Source: an uncultured archaeon (GTDB taxonomy: Archaea > Asgardarchaeota > Heimdallarchaeia > Heimdallarchaeales > Heimdallarchaeaceae). Taken from it: DNA of 34,640 bases. Position numbers and translations under genes: made by a program. Shown in pieces: positions 18,151 to 27,680 of the stretch. The notes beneath the pieces are model-generated. The model was not told where the DNA came from and made no database searches. It saw only the letters and a list, made by a program, of their open reading frames with translations. Positions within the stretch are counted from its first letter, which is position 1, and each line of letters opens with the position of its first letter. The stretch is taken from assembly GCA_964549075.1 (NCBI GenBank), contig CAZJUB010000025.1, positions 247-34,886 on the forward strand, read 5' to 3'.

Positions 18151-18690
18151 TCATTCCATGTTTTGAGAGCATTCTTGTATTAGCTGTTTTAGAATTGAAT
18201 CATGATTAGACCTTTCTAATTTCCATATTCTACTAATTTTTAATTCGAATAATTTTTCTATTTGATCTACTATTTGATGTCTCACGACAAAAAGTACTAC
18301 TTTGACATTCGTTTCTTTTATATTTTCGAGAAATTTTTTAATTCCTTCAAACATTCCCTTTTTATCTGATTCAAGCCAAGCTATTTCATCAATTATAAGC
18401 ATATCAGCTGTTCTTATTTTTGCTATTGATTCTCTAGCGAAGGTTAATGCTCTTACTGATAATTTGTAATCGCCTATTTGCTCTTCTATGATATCTCCTT
18501 CTTTCCAAAAAGCTTCTTGCTCTTTAGTTTCCAGATTTATGAAAGTTTTATATTGTTGTCCTCTAGAAATTATCCCTTTTACTTTTAATCCCTCTTTACT
18601 CAGAATTTTAGCTAATTCCTCAACCAAAAATGTTTTTCCTTCTCCCTTTTTCCCTGTTAAAATAAAAACTTGCATTCCTTTCTTACTCAC
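18151..18690 (-). CDS. THEP1/NTPase_1-like P-loop nucleoside triphosphatase
   Basis: ILTGKKGEGKT Walker A, VKGIIS, LIIDEIAWLE Walker B and VVR. The GTG start overlaps the end of the DAK2 gene. Confidence 0.8.
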   Translation of the reverse strand: MSKKGMQVFILTGKKGEGKTFLVEELAKILSKEGLKVKGIISRGQQYKTFINLETKEQEAFWKEGDIIEEQIGDYKLSVRALTFARESIAKIRTADMLIIDEIAWLESDKKGMFEGIKKFLENIKETNVKVVLFVVRHQIVDQIEKLFELKISRIWKLERSNHDSILKQLIQECSQNME

Positions 18691-19318
18691 TTGCTACAAT
18701 AATATCTCTCCATGATTCGAGTATATGTACAAAACCTTTCGCTCCTGCATCTACAACATTTGCTTCTTTTAATACAGCCAGCATTTCTTTCGTTTGTGCT
18801 AAGGTAGTAATACTCGCTTCAACTAGTTTATTGATATATTCGATCCAATCAATAGCAGGATTTTCTTTAATTAACTCAATTGCTTTATCAGTGATTGCTG
18901 TCATCACAGTCAATATTGTCCCTTCTGTTGGATTCAAAACTGATTCATATGCGAATTCTGTTCCTTCCTTCAATGCTTCTGTAAAGGTAATTGGCGTTAT
19001 AGAACCTGCAGTATCTAAATATTCTACTACTCCAATGAGAAATTGTGAGTAAATGACTCCAGAGTTTCCTTTTGCTCCAACAAAACTCCCTTTACTAATA
19101 GCATGAAAAATCTTATCACATTCTTCATCGGTTAAATTGGATACTTCTTTTACAATTGCTTGCAATGTAAAATAAATATTTGAACCTGTATCGCCATCAG
19201 GTATAGGAAAAACGTTTATTGCGTTGATATTTTCTTTTTCAATTGCAATATGTCTTTCGCTCTTTATCATCATATCCTTGAAAAGTATAGGTCGTATAAC
19301 ATGAGTTTTGCTCATCAT
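18683..19318 (-). CDS. Stand-alone DAK2 domain protein of the FakA/YloV type
   Basis: INAINVFPIPDGDTGSN, GAKGNSGVIYSQ, PTEGTILTV and VVDAGAKG. ATG 19318 follows a GTGAGG RBS (track start 19327). Confidence 0.88.
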   Translation of the reverse strand: MMSKTHVIRPILFKDMMIKSERHIAIEKENINAINVFPIPDGDTGSNIYFTLQAIVKEVSNLTDEECDKIFHAISKGSFVGAKGNSGVIYSQFLIGVVEYLDTAGSITPITFTEALKEGTEFAYESVLNPTEGTILTVMTAITDKAIELIKENPAIDWIEYINKLVEASITTLAQTKEMLAVLKEANVVDAGAKGFVHILESWRDIIVASE

Positions 19319-19469
19319 AATCCTCACTACTGCATAATACTAAAAGCACTTTTCTTTAAAAATTTTGTTTAATGAATAAACTGAGTTTTCTTACCTTTTT
19401 CTTTTTGACTCATATCGTCAATTTTATGAAGTACTCCGCATGTGCTGAATTAGTTAATGGTGAATTAAT

Positions 19470-20675
19470 TTGGTTCAGGAAGGTTATTGGGGCATTTACA
19501 AAAACATTGAAAATATGCCTTTAGAAAGATTTGATCCATTCAGAACAATAGTGAATGAGTTCGACACAAAAGTTGGTCATATGACACAGTTTTCTCCAAT
19601 TAGAGGGAAACGACCTTTTGAATATGATGAAAGTTTTGAAGAAGTTTTTTACGGGACACCAAAAACCGACTCCTTCTGTAAAGTTGTTAAAGGTGAGTTA
19701 CCAGCAGTTGTTCTTGCAAAAGACAAAGAAATTGTTGAGTATTCGTTGAGTGTCCACCCTATTCAGGAAAACTTCGAACAATATACTTCTATTTCAATAG
19801 TTAATCTATTTACTCCGATGGCTAGAGTGTTATATGATAATGTTAAACAGATAGATTCTGTGAAAGATAAGAGTGTGGGGATAGGAATTGTGCATCTTCC
19901 AACCAAACATTATGATAAATTAGCTGAAATACCTATTGAAGAAGTAGCCAAGCTTTTTGAAACTGCTCAATTAGCTCAAAAGAATAGTATCAAAGATCTA
20001 AAAGAGAAATACCAGACAGATAAACTAACAATAATGTATTTCTTCAACATAGGAGAAGAAGCAGGAGCCAGTATCGGACATCTTCACTGTCAAACATACA
20101 TTTATGCAAATGATATCGGTCATGGTTGGACATCTTTAGGTTTCCTAAGTGTTCCAGGCTTTCATAAGAAGTTTAAGAATGATGAAAATTATTGTCTAGC
20201 TTGTGAAGTCGCAAATGATGGGGATAATGTGGTTGATCCAATTGATCAGCAGCTTCTTGTTGATCAACGAAAAATCTTTGAAAATAAGGAATGGGTAGTT
20301 CTAACAGCTTTCTCTCCCGAAAGAGATGGACAGCTGAGATTGATACCTAAAAGACATGTTTCTCAATTTATTGAATTAGACTCTGACCAAATTGCTGGAT
20401 TAGGAGAAGCACTTGTGGTTGCAAACAAAGCTTTAGATCACTTTGTCAGTATGAGTAGTCCTCACATGAACTTATTACAAGATAGAAATGTTCTCTTCAG
20501 ACAAGATAATGTAGGTTATAATTCTGGTATGCATCTCATGATAGATATCATTCCAATTCAAAGAATCGGTGGTGCAGAAATCATGGAAACTTATAGAATT
20601 GCTACCATCTTTCCTGAACACGTAGCTGATATTATGAGAAAAAGCTTAAAAGATAGAGACATAAGCCAACAGTAG
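19470..20675 (+). CDS. GalT-like (HIT superfamily) sugar-1-phosphate nucleotidylyltransferase / NDP-sugar phosphorylase
   Basis: SPIRGKRP, FNIGEEAGASIGHLHCQ (HxHxQ), CLAC, and a second HIT-like half (LIPKRH...PEHVA). TTG start after a GGTGA RBS. Confidence 0.8.
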   Translation: MVQEGYWGIYKNIENMPLERFDPFRTIVNEFDTKVGHMTQFSPIRGKRPFEYDESFEEVFYGTPKTDSFCKVVKGELPAVVLAKDKEIVEYSLSVHPIQENFEQYTSISIVNLFTPMARVLYDNVKQIDSVKDKSVGIGIVHLPTKHYDKLAEIPIEEVAKLFETAQLAQKNSIKDLKEKYQTDKLTIMYFFNIGEEAGASIGHLHCQTYIYANDIGHGWTSLGFLSVPGFHKKFKNDENYCLACEVANDGDNVVDPIDQQLLVDQRKIFENKEWVVLTAFSPERDGQLRLIPKRHVSQFIELDSDQIAGLGEALVVANKALDHFVSMSSPHMNLLQDRNVLFRQDNVGYNSGMHLMIDIIPIQRIGGAEIMETYRIATIFPEHVADIMRKSLKDRDISQQ

Positions 20676-20685
20676 AGGTTTATTT

Positions 20686-21855
20686 ATGGCAGAAGAAGAG
20701 AAGGTTCCTGTTTCCTTTATACTCCACGCATATCAACCAATAACACAAAGGATCGAGATTTTGGAGAGGATAGTTAACAATTGCTATATTCCTTTCTTTG
20801 AAAATCTATCAAAGAAACCAAATACTAAAATAACATTAAATATTGCTGGTTGTCTTCTTGAAACTTTAGCTACAAAATATCCATATGTTTTGCAGCTTCT
20901 AGAAAAATGTATTTCAGCAGGACAAATAGAGATTATGGGATCAGCTTTCTATCATCCACTACTTCCATTAATTTCAATAGAGAATCAGAAATACCAAATA
21001 GGTAAACAAAAGGAAATTATTCAAAATATTTTAGGACTGAAATCGTCAGTTTTCTTCCCTCCAGAATTAGCTGTATCAGAAGAACTTTTACCGCAAATTG
21101 AAGAAAAAGGATATACGACTATAATTGTCCCAGAAAATATCAATTCTGTACCTTATGGTAGTAGTTTTATTTTAGAAAATGGGAAAACAGTTCAATTGAT
21201 TAAGAGAGATAAAGATGCAAGTAACCATATATCCTTTAACCATTATAATCGCAATATTTCTAGTTGTGTTTTAGATTTACAAACTAAGTATAAGCAAACT
21301 CAAAAACCTATCATAATGGCAATGGATCTTGAAACTTTTGGAGAACATATGGCAGAGTATTATTATTTCTTCTTTAATCTCACAGATAGGATTGAAACAA
21401 TGACACTATCTAACTGCCTAGATAGATATCCAATTGATACAGTGAGTGATGTTTTCATCCCTTCTTCGTGGTCAACCACAAAAGAGGATTTAGATAAATT
21501 TATTCCATATCCATTATGGGACCATCCATTTAATTCTATACATCAACTACAACACATACATCTCCGTCTTCTTCACCAGATTAAGAGGTATTTACTTGAT
21601 GGAGATTGGACAGATGAATATCATGCAGCATACTACAGTTGTCAATTCTGGTGGGCTTCTAGAGATTGGTTTTCTGCAGATCTGATACATACAGGATTAA
21701 AATACCAAAGAAATGTTCTTGCAAAAATGATTGAAAGCCTTTCTAAAGACTCCAAACAAATAATTTTAAATCTCTCTAATGACATTATTCAAAAAATAGT
21801 AGACATAGTAGCACAATTAGGGGATAAAAATGAACATAGTGTTTATTTCAGCTGA
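20686..21855 (+). CDS. Glycoside hydrolase family 57 (amylase/amylopullulanase-like)
   Basis: GH57 conserved regions HAYQP, GSAFYHPLLP, FFPPE (nucleophile), MDLETFGEH (acid/base) and SCQFWW. GAGG RBS. Confidence 0.88.
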   Translation: MAEEEKVPVSFILHAYQPITQRIEILERIVNNCYIPFFENLSKKPNTKITLNIAGCLLETLATKYPYVLQLLEKCISAGQIEIMGSAFYHPLLPLISIENQKYQIGKQKEIIQNILGLKSSVFFPPELAVSEELLPQIEEKGYTTIIVPENINSVPYGSSFILENGKTVQLIKRDKDASNHISFNHYNRNISSCVLDLQTKYKQTQKPIIMAMDLETFGEHMAEYYYFFFNLTDRIETMTLSNCLDRYPIDTVSDVFIPSSWSTTKEDLDKFIPYPLWDHPFNSIHQLQHIHLRLLHQIKRYLLDGDWTDEYHAAYYSCQFWWASRDWFSADLIHTGLKYQRNVLAKMIESLSKDSKQIILNLSNDIIQKIVDIVAQLGDKNEHSVYFS

Positions 21856-23299
21856 AGTAGATCCTTTCTCCAAAACAGGAGGATTGGGAGATGTTTCTTC
21901 TGCTTTTCCAAAAGCAATGAAGGAGTTAGGACATGAGATAATAGTGTTTACACCATTATACAAGAAAATAGATTTAGAAGAACACAATATTAAGCTAGTT
22001 AAGAAAGATTTAACAGCTCCAATTGGTGACAAATTAGAAGTTTTCGAGTTATACGAATCAATCCTTCCAGAAAGTCAGGTACCGATTTATTTCATTAAAA
22101 ACGAATATCTTTATAGAGAAGGAATTTATGTGGATGAAAAAACAGGTGAAGATTACGCTGATAGTCCTATCAGATTCTACAGTTTTTCACAATCAGTTTT
22201 CATTTCTCTTGAATTATTAGATTTTACACCAGATATAATTCATGCTAATGATTGGCATACTGGATTAATTCCATTTTTACTCAAGACTGAATATGTTAAA
22301 AAACCTCAATTTAGTAAGACCAAGACAGTTTTTACAATCCATAATATTGGTTATCAAGGAATTTATCCACTTGAAAAATTAGCAGAAGCTAAAATACCAG
22401 AAATTTACTATTCCGAAGATTGTTTGGGATTCTTCAACCAAATAAACTTCATGAAAGCAGCAATAGTATACACAGATATTCTAACAACTGTAAGCTCAAA
22501 ATATGCTGAGGAAATTCAAACCAAAGAATATGGAGATGGACTAGAAAAATTCATTGAAGCACGTAAAGAAGATTTATATGGTATTGTTCATGGTATTGAC
22601 CTCACTGTATGGAATCCAAAAATTGATCCTCTTATAGTTCACAATTATGATTCAAACAAATTTAAAGGAAAATCAGAAAATAAAAAGTATTTACAAGATA
22701 AGTTAAACATCAATGTTTCAGATAAGCCGCTAATTGGAGTAATTTCTAGAATCGCTACACAGAAAGGATTAGATCTTATATTAGAGAAATTTGATGACAT
22801 TATGGACCTTAAAGTTCAATTTGTGCTCCTTGGTACAGGTGATTCAAAATTAGAAAAGAAAATAAAATCAAAAGAAAAGAAGTATGAAGAAAATTGTTCA
22901 ATTAATATTGAATTTGACAATAGATTAGCTCATCAGATAGAAGCAGGAGCAGATTTCTTCTTAATGCCAAGTATTTACGAACCATGTGGATTAAACCAGA
23001 TGTACTCTATGGTTTATGGAACTATCCCAATTGTGCGAAATACTGGTGGATTATCAGATACTGTAGTAGATTTTGTAGATGATCCTGATAAAGGAAATGG
23101 ATTTGTTTTCGAAAATGCAGATGCTGAAGAACTATTCGAAGAGATAAAATTAGCAGTTAGTTTATATTATAACGATAATGCAAGTTTTGTGAAATTACAA
23201 AAACGAGATATGAATCAAGATTTTTCATGGAATCATGCTGCTAAGAATTGGCAAAAAGTCTACGAAAAAGCACTAATGAAGAGATGGAAAAAGAAATAA
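21830..23299 (+). CDS. glgA: Glycogen synthase (GT5)
   Basis: KTGGLGDV, HANDWHTG, FTIHNIGYQG, RIATQKG, MPSIYEPCGLNQ and TGGLSDTV motifs. Confidence 0.95.
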   Translation: MNIVFISAEVDPFSKTGGLGDVSSAFPKAMKELGHEIIVFTPLYKKIDLEEHNIKLVKKDLTAPIGDKLEVFELYESILPESQVPIYFIKNEYLYREGIYVDEKTGEDYADSPIRFYSFSQSVFISLELLDFTPDIIHANDWHTGLIPFLLKTEYVKKPQFSKTKTVFTIHNIGYQGIYPLEKLAEAKIPEIYYSEDCLGFFNQINFMKAAIVYTDILTTVSSKYAEEIQTKEYGDGLEKFIEARKEDLYGIVHGIDLTVWNPKIDPLIVHNYDSNKFKGKSENKKYLQDKLNINVSDKPLIGVISRIATQKGLDLILEKFDDIMDLKVQFVLLGTGDSKLEKKIKSKEKKYEENCSINIEFDNRLAHQIEAGADFFLMPSIYEPCGLNQMYSMVYGTIPIVRNTGGLSDTVVDFVDDPDKGNGFVFENADAEELFEEIKLAVSLYYNDNASFVKLQKRDMNQDFSWNHAAKNWQKVYEKALMKRWKKK

Positions 23300-23426
23300 T
23301 TAGTTTTTATGTAAAATTGATGATATAAAGATTAGTTGTTTCTATAATTTTCTCAAACATCAGAAAAATATTTATTTTAGGTTGCAATTAATACTCTAGT
23401 ATAAAAAACCTAAAGTGTGATTTTTA

Positions 23427-25718
23427 GTGAAAGAGAGAAAAACTATTTATGTCATTATAATTATTTTAAGCAGTTCATTATTTTTTAATATAAACTCCAG
23501 AGAATTGGTGGAAGTAAAAGCAGATACGATGGGAGTACAGTTAGAATGGGCATTCCCAACAGGTGGAGAAGTAAAAAGCTCTCCAGCAGTAGCAGATTTA
23601 GATTCAGATGGTATTATGGAAATAATAGTAGGTTCAAATGACAATAAAGTGTATTGCTTGAATTCAACAGGTGGTTTAAAATGGGCATTTCAAACATGGG
23701 AAGATAGATTGAAACATTCTTCACCATGTATAGCAGATATAGATGGAGATAATGAATTTGAGGTTCTAATAGGAACCTATAACGTCAGTACAGATTATGG
23801 AACTCTCTATTGTATTAACGCTAATGGGACATTGAATTGGATGAATGTAGGTTATAGGATATATTCTACTCCAGCTGTAGCGGATTTAGATAACGATGGG
23901 ACACTGGAGATATTGGTAGGGAGAAGTAGAGCAACTAGTGGAGGATGTTTACAATGTATTGACCATTTTGGTGAAGAAAAATGGTATTACAATTTACCAG
24001 GGAATTCCTTTGGTTCTCCTTGTATTGCAGATTTTGATAATAACGGAATATATGAAATTATTATAAGCTCAGCAGTAGATGGTATTGATTGCTTAAATTG
24101 TTTAGATATTAATGGCTCGCTAATTAGGAACTTTTTCCCCATTCCTGCAGGTACTTATGTGTATTCAACTCCAACAATAGCAGATTTAGATGGAAATGGG
24201 GATACTGAAGTAATGGTTAATATTTTGTCTGAAGTGAATGGAGCTTCTGGATTGTGGATATTTTCTTCTTTAGGTGTACCAAAATATTATAGTGAGTATT
24301 TTTATTTGAATTTATCTTCACCTGTAGTTGCTGATATAGACGGGGATGATTCTTTAGAAATTGTTTCATGTAGTTTGAATCAGTATGATCACCATGGTGA
24401 TATTCTGTTTTTTAATAACCAAGCTCAAAAAGAGCATCAATATGCTACTGGAGCTAATATAGAAGCTTCTCCTGCATTATCAGATCTAAATAATGACGGT
24501 AAATTAGAGATAATTGTAGGTTCAACTAACAATAATCTCTATTGTGTAAATCATACAGGTAATTTAGAATGGATGTTCAGCACCAATGGTAGTATTGAGT
24601 CTTCAGCATGTATTGTTGACGTAAATAATGATGGGAAAGTTGAAGTTCTTTTTGGTTCAGATGACACTAATCTATATTGTTTATCTATAGTAAGTTCAAT
24701 TTACTCAGGAACTCAAAGATGGTGGGGATATTTAGGAAATGCCGCAAATACTGGCAATATTGATAGTGATGGAGATTATTTATGTGATTACATGGAGAAT
24801 TTTTATGATTCAAACAGATATATTACAGATACAGATTCAGATGGACTGGAAGATGGATTAGAAGTCTATCTCTATATAACTTATCCAAATAGAATAGACT
24901 CAGATAATGATACGTTAGAAGATGGGGATGAAGTACTTATTTATGGTACGGAACCAAGGAAAAAAGATTCAGAAGATGATGGTTGTCCGGATGGATGGGA
25001 AATTCAATATTCTTTGAATCCGTTGGCAAATGATTCTAACTTAGATCCAGATGGGGATGATCTTACTAATCTAAACGAATTCATTCTTGGATGTAATCCT
25101 AGAGATGAGGATTCTGATGATGATAGTCTTTTGGATGGAGAAGAAGTGAATATATACTCTACAGATCCACTAGATGATGATTCGGACTCTGATGGTCTTT
25201 TAGATGGAGAAGAAGTAATTGTTTTTCACAGCAATCCAAATCAAAATGATACAGATTTAGACGGTATAGAGGATTGGGATGAAGTTTATCTTTACTATAC
25301 TAATATAACTAACAGTGATACAGACAACGACGGTTTAATCGATGGAGACGAAGTCTTCAAATATTCTAGCTCCCCTTTAAATCACGATACTGACAATGAT
25401 GGTTTATCAGATAGAGAGGAAGTTATTTTTTATAACACACTTCCCTATGACAACGATACAGATAAAGATGGATTACTGGATGGATGGGAAATAGTTTTCT
25501 ATTTAACAGATCCCTTGGATGAAGATTCAGACAACGATGGATTTTCAGATGGTGTAGAAGTTCTTGCAGGTTCAGATCCTCTTGATTCTGAAGATATACC
25601 TACAGAACCTACAGAAACCGAAGAAACATTTTTCTCTAGTTACTTATTAGCTATATTATCACTTTGTGTTTACATAATGCTCTATCAAAAACGAAGAAAA
25701 TTAAAAAACGATTTATGA
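23427..25718 (+). CDS. Surface protein: FG-GAP-like beta-propeller, Ca-binding DxDxDG (TSP3-like) repeat stalk and C-terminal anchor
   Basis: Signal peptide, 8 SSPxxADxDxDG-type repeats, about 12 D[ST]DxDG[LI]xDxxE repeats, TM and KRRK. Confidence 0.88.
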   Translation: MKERKTIYVIIIILSSSLFFNINSRELVEVKADTMGVQLEWAFPTGGEVKSSPAVADLDSDGIMEIIVGSNDNKVYCLNSTGGLKWAFQTWEDRLKHSSPCIADIDGDNEFEVLIGTYNVSTDYGTLYCINANGTLNWMNVGYRIYSTPAVADLDNDGTLEILVGRSRATSGGCLQCIDHFGEEKWYYNLPGNSFGSPCIADFDNNGIYEIIISSAVDGIDCLNCLDINGSLIRNFFPIPAGTYVYSTPTIADLDGNGDTEVMVNILSEVNGASGLWIFSSLGVPKYYSEYFYLNLSSPVVADIDGDDSLEIVSCSLNQYDHHGDILFFNNQAQKEHQYATGANIEASPALSDLNNDGKLEIIVGSTNNNLYCVNHTGNLEWMFSTNGSIESSACIVDVNNDGKVEVLFGSDDTNLYCLSIVSSIYSGTQRWWGYLGNAANTGNIDSDGDYLCDYMENFYDSNRYITDTDSDGLEDGLEVYLYITYPNRIDSDNDTLEDGDEVLIYGTEPRKKDSEDDGCPDGWEIQYSLNPLANDSNLDPDGDDLTNLNEFILGCNPRDEDSDDDSLLDGEEVNIYSTDPLDDDSDSDGLLDGEEVIVFHSNPNQNDTDLDGIEDWDEVYLYYTNITNSDTDNDGLIDGDEVFKYSSSPLNHDTDNDGLSDREEVIFYNTLPYDNDTDKDGLLDGWEIVFYLTDPLDEDSDNDGFSDGVEVLAGSDPLDSEDIPTEPTETEETFFSSYLLAILSLCVYIMLYQKRRKLKNDL

Positions 25719-25758
25719 GCTAGTATTAATGAAAAGATGGAAGAAAAAAAACTATCTT

Positions 25759-27480
25759 CTACTTTTCAAACCAAAGATAAACATCCTGTTCCCAAGCAAT
25801 ACTATCTTCTTTTTCCATCTTTTCTAGGTTTCGAATAGCTTGCTCATTAATTCTACCATCTTTATATTGTTTCAACAATGAATAAAGTTTCTTGAAATTG
25901 GTATAATGTAATTCAATCCTTTTTTCTGCATAATCTCGAGCAGCCCAAGTAGAAATTAAGAATTCCCAATCTGATGATGAAAGAAGTAATAATTCTCTCC
26001 CCATTTGATTGATAAGTCTTTTTGCTAAATTGAAATCTTGATAATAGGTTTCTTTGAATTCTTTCAAAGCCTTTAGATAAAGATCCTCACATTCATAGAC
26101 ATATTTCCAGCAATAAGCTGTATCATCGTTTAACCAAATCCAATGAAAATTACCTTTACCCCAAGATCCTTCAGGAAGAGGAACATAAACATCTTTATCG
26201 GATGGATATCGTTCTAGATAAGTTTTTGTGGTAGTTGTAGCTATTTCGTCATCTTTATTCACTTTCATAATTAGTCTTTCTAGGAATCCTATGGCTTCAA
26301 ACCACCAATGACCAAAAAGCTCAAAATCATACGGACAAACAACTACTCCTGGTTTTTCCAGTTGTTGATAAGTTTGTAGAAGACTTTCTTTGACTACATT
26401 AAAGAAATGATCAGAATTTTCATCTAAACGTTCTACTACTTTCCTATGGTCATACACTTCTTTCTTACCTAAGTCTACATCTTTTCCAGTTACTCTCCAA
26501 TATCTATTTCCAGATGGCCAATGCTTTTTATGGAACTCCAAGTAACAACCATCTCCTGGAAAACCGATATCACCTGACCATACTAAAATCCCAGTTTTAT
26601 CATCTCTGGTAAAGAAATTAACTTTATTTTCATAATTCTCAGTTCCTCCAACAAGATATGGTCGATAAAGCGAATAATCTTTGTGAGTTAAATTAGGCTT
26701 TTGTTTTTCAAATTGTGTCCATAATTTCTTCAATGCATCAAATTTATCTAGATATGTTCCAATACCTTCACCACCTCTCAATAATGGTGTATCAACCAGA
26801 AAATAGTTGATATCATGTTTAGCAAGGTAATATTCAATCCCTTGTCTGTCGAACTCCTCTTCAGTCAAAGGATTTTTCCATCTATATGTAGGACGATATG
26901 CGAGTTCAGGTAACCATATTCCTGCAGAATCTCTTCCCCCATACCTATATTTATAGATACTTTGTCCTCCTTTAATTTGAGCATTTACTGTCTCCTCTTT
27001 TCCTAATAAAGGGAGATACCCATGAGTTAATCCACAGGTTATTATCTCTATTGCACCTTTATCCTGTAAAATTTTGTAACCTTCTACCAAGTCTTTATTA
27101 AACCTTTCAACGAATTGCTCCTTTACAGAAGAGTAATATCTGATCCACCTCTCTGCTAGTTGGGCAATTTCAGGTTCTCCCATCCAATTGAAATGATCTT
27201 TGTCTTTATAACTTTGATCAATCCTTTCATTCAGATAATTTTCAAATCCTCCTTTGAATCTTGGATGTGCTAATTGTTCAGTTAATACTGGTGTAATTCC
27301 CATGGTTAGCATATTTGAGAAACCATTTTTCTCATAAAGATTTGTCAACATTGTTAACGTTGGTGTATAGGTTTCAGCTGCAGCCTCTAATAACCACACT
27401 TCTCCATGAGGCCATGTACCTTGTTCTAAAACCCAAGGTAAGTGTCCGTGTAAAACAAAACTTAGATAACCTTTAGTCAT
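25759..27480 (-). CDS. GH57 1,4-alpha-glucan branching enzyme (DUF1957-containing)
   Basis: LHGHLPWV, EIITCGLTHGYLPL, GIWLPE, PYDFELFGHWWFE, LPEGSWG and SSDWEF motifs. Confidence 0.92.
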   Translation of the reverse strand: MTKGYLSFVLHGHLPWVLEQGTWPHGEVWLLEAAAETYTPTLTMLTNLYEKNGFSNMLTMGITPVLTEQLAHPRFKGGFENYLNERIDQSYKDKDHFNWMGEPEIAQLAERWIRYYSSVKEQFVERFNKDLVEGYKILQDKGAIEIITCGLTHGYLPLLGKEETVNAQIKGGQSIYKYRYGGRDSAGIWLPELAYRPTYRWKNPLTEEEFDRQGIEYYLAKHDINYFLVDTPLLRGGEGIGTYLDKFDALKKLWTQFEKQKPNLTHKDYSLYRPYLVGGTENYENKVNFFTRDDKTGILVWSGDIGFPGDGCYLEFHKKHWPSGNRYWRVTGKDVDLGKKEVYDHRKVVERLDENSDHFFNVVKESLLQTYQQLEKPGVVVCPYDFELFGHWWFEAIGFLERLIMKVNKDDEIATTTTKTYLERYPSDKDVYVPLPEGSWGKGNFHWIWLNDDTAYCWKYVYECEDLYLKALKEFKETYYQDFNLAKRLINQMGRELLLLSSSDWEFLISTWAARDYAEKRIELHYTNFKKLYSLLKQYKDGRINEQAIRNLEKMEKEDSIAWEQDVYLWFEK

Positions 27481-27533
27481 TATTATCTGCTTATATTACC
27501 TATTCTTTAATGTTTTTAAAAATAGACAAAATA

Positions 27534-27680
27534 TCAAAGAAGGTTATGTGGATAGTTTGAACGAATATTTATACTTAATCCACAACTTAAACAGAACTTC
27601 TCGTTTTTAGGAATTGTTCTTCCACATTTCAAGCATACATTGACATTTTCTTCGTTCTCTTTGCGTTCTTTCTTCTTCAA
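27534..27680 (-). CDS. Small zinc-ribbon protein, 48 aa (MKKKERKENEENVNVCLKCGRTIPKNEKFCLSCGLSINIRSNYPHNLL)
   Basis: Hand-translated. The TTG start overlaps the upstream TGA (TTGA), with a GGTGA RBS and two CxxCG motifs (CLKCG-x9-CLSCG). Confidence 0.75.
   Translation of the reverse strand: MKKKERKENEENVNVCLKCGRTIPKNEKFCLSCGLSINIRSNYPHNLL

Noticed and set aside
18027-18153. SECIS element or selenocysteine read-through of the NTPase TGA
   Set aside because: Read-through adds only 7 more codons (GREGCEK) before TAA, all redox motifs in the window use Cys, and I see no clear archaeal SECIS consensus.
24760-25590. Periodic GAT/GGA-rich repeats that might suggest a CRISPR array or DNA repeat
   Set aside because: They are protein-level DxDxDG repeats with synonymous variation, not identical repeats with spacers.
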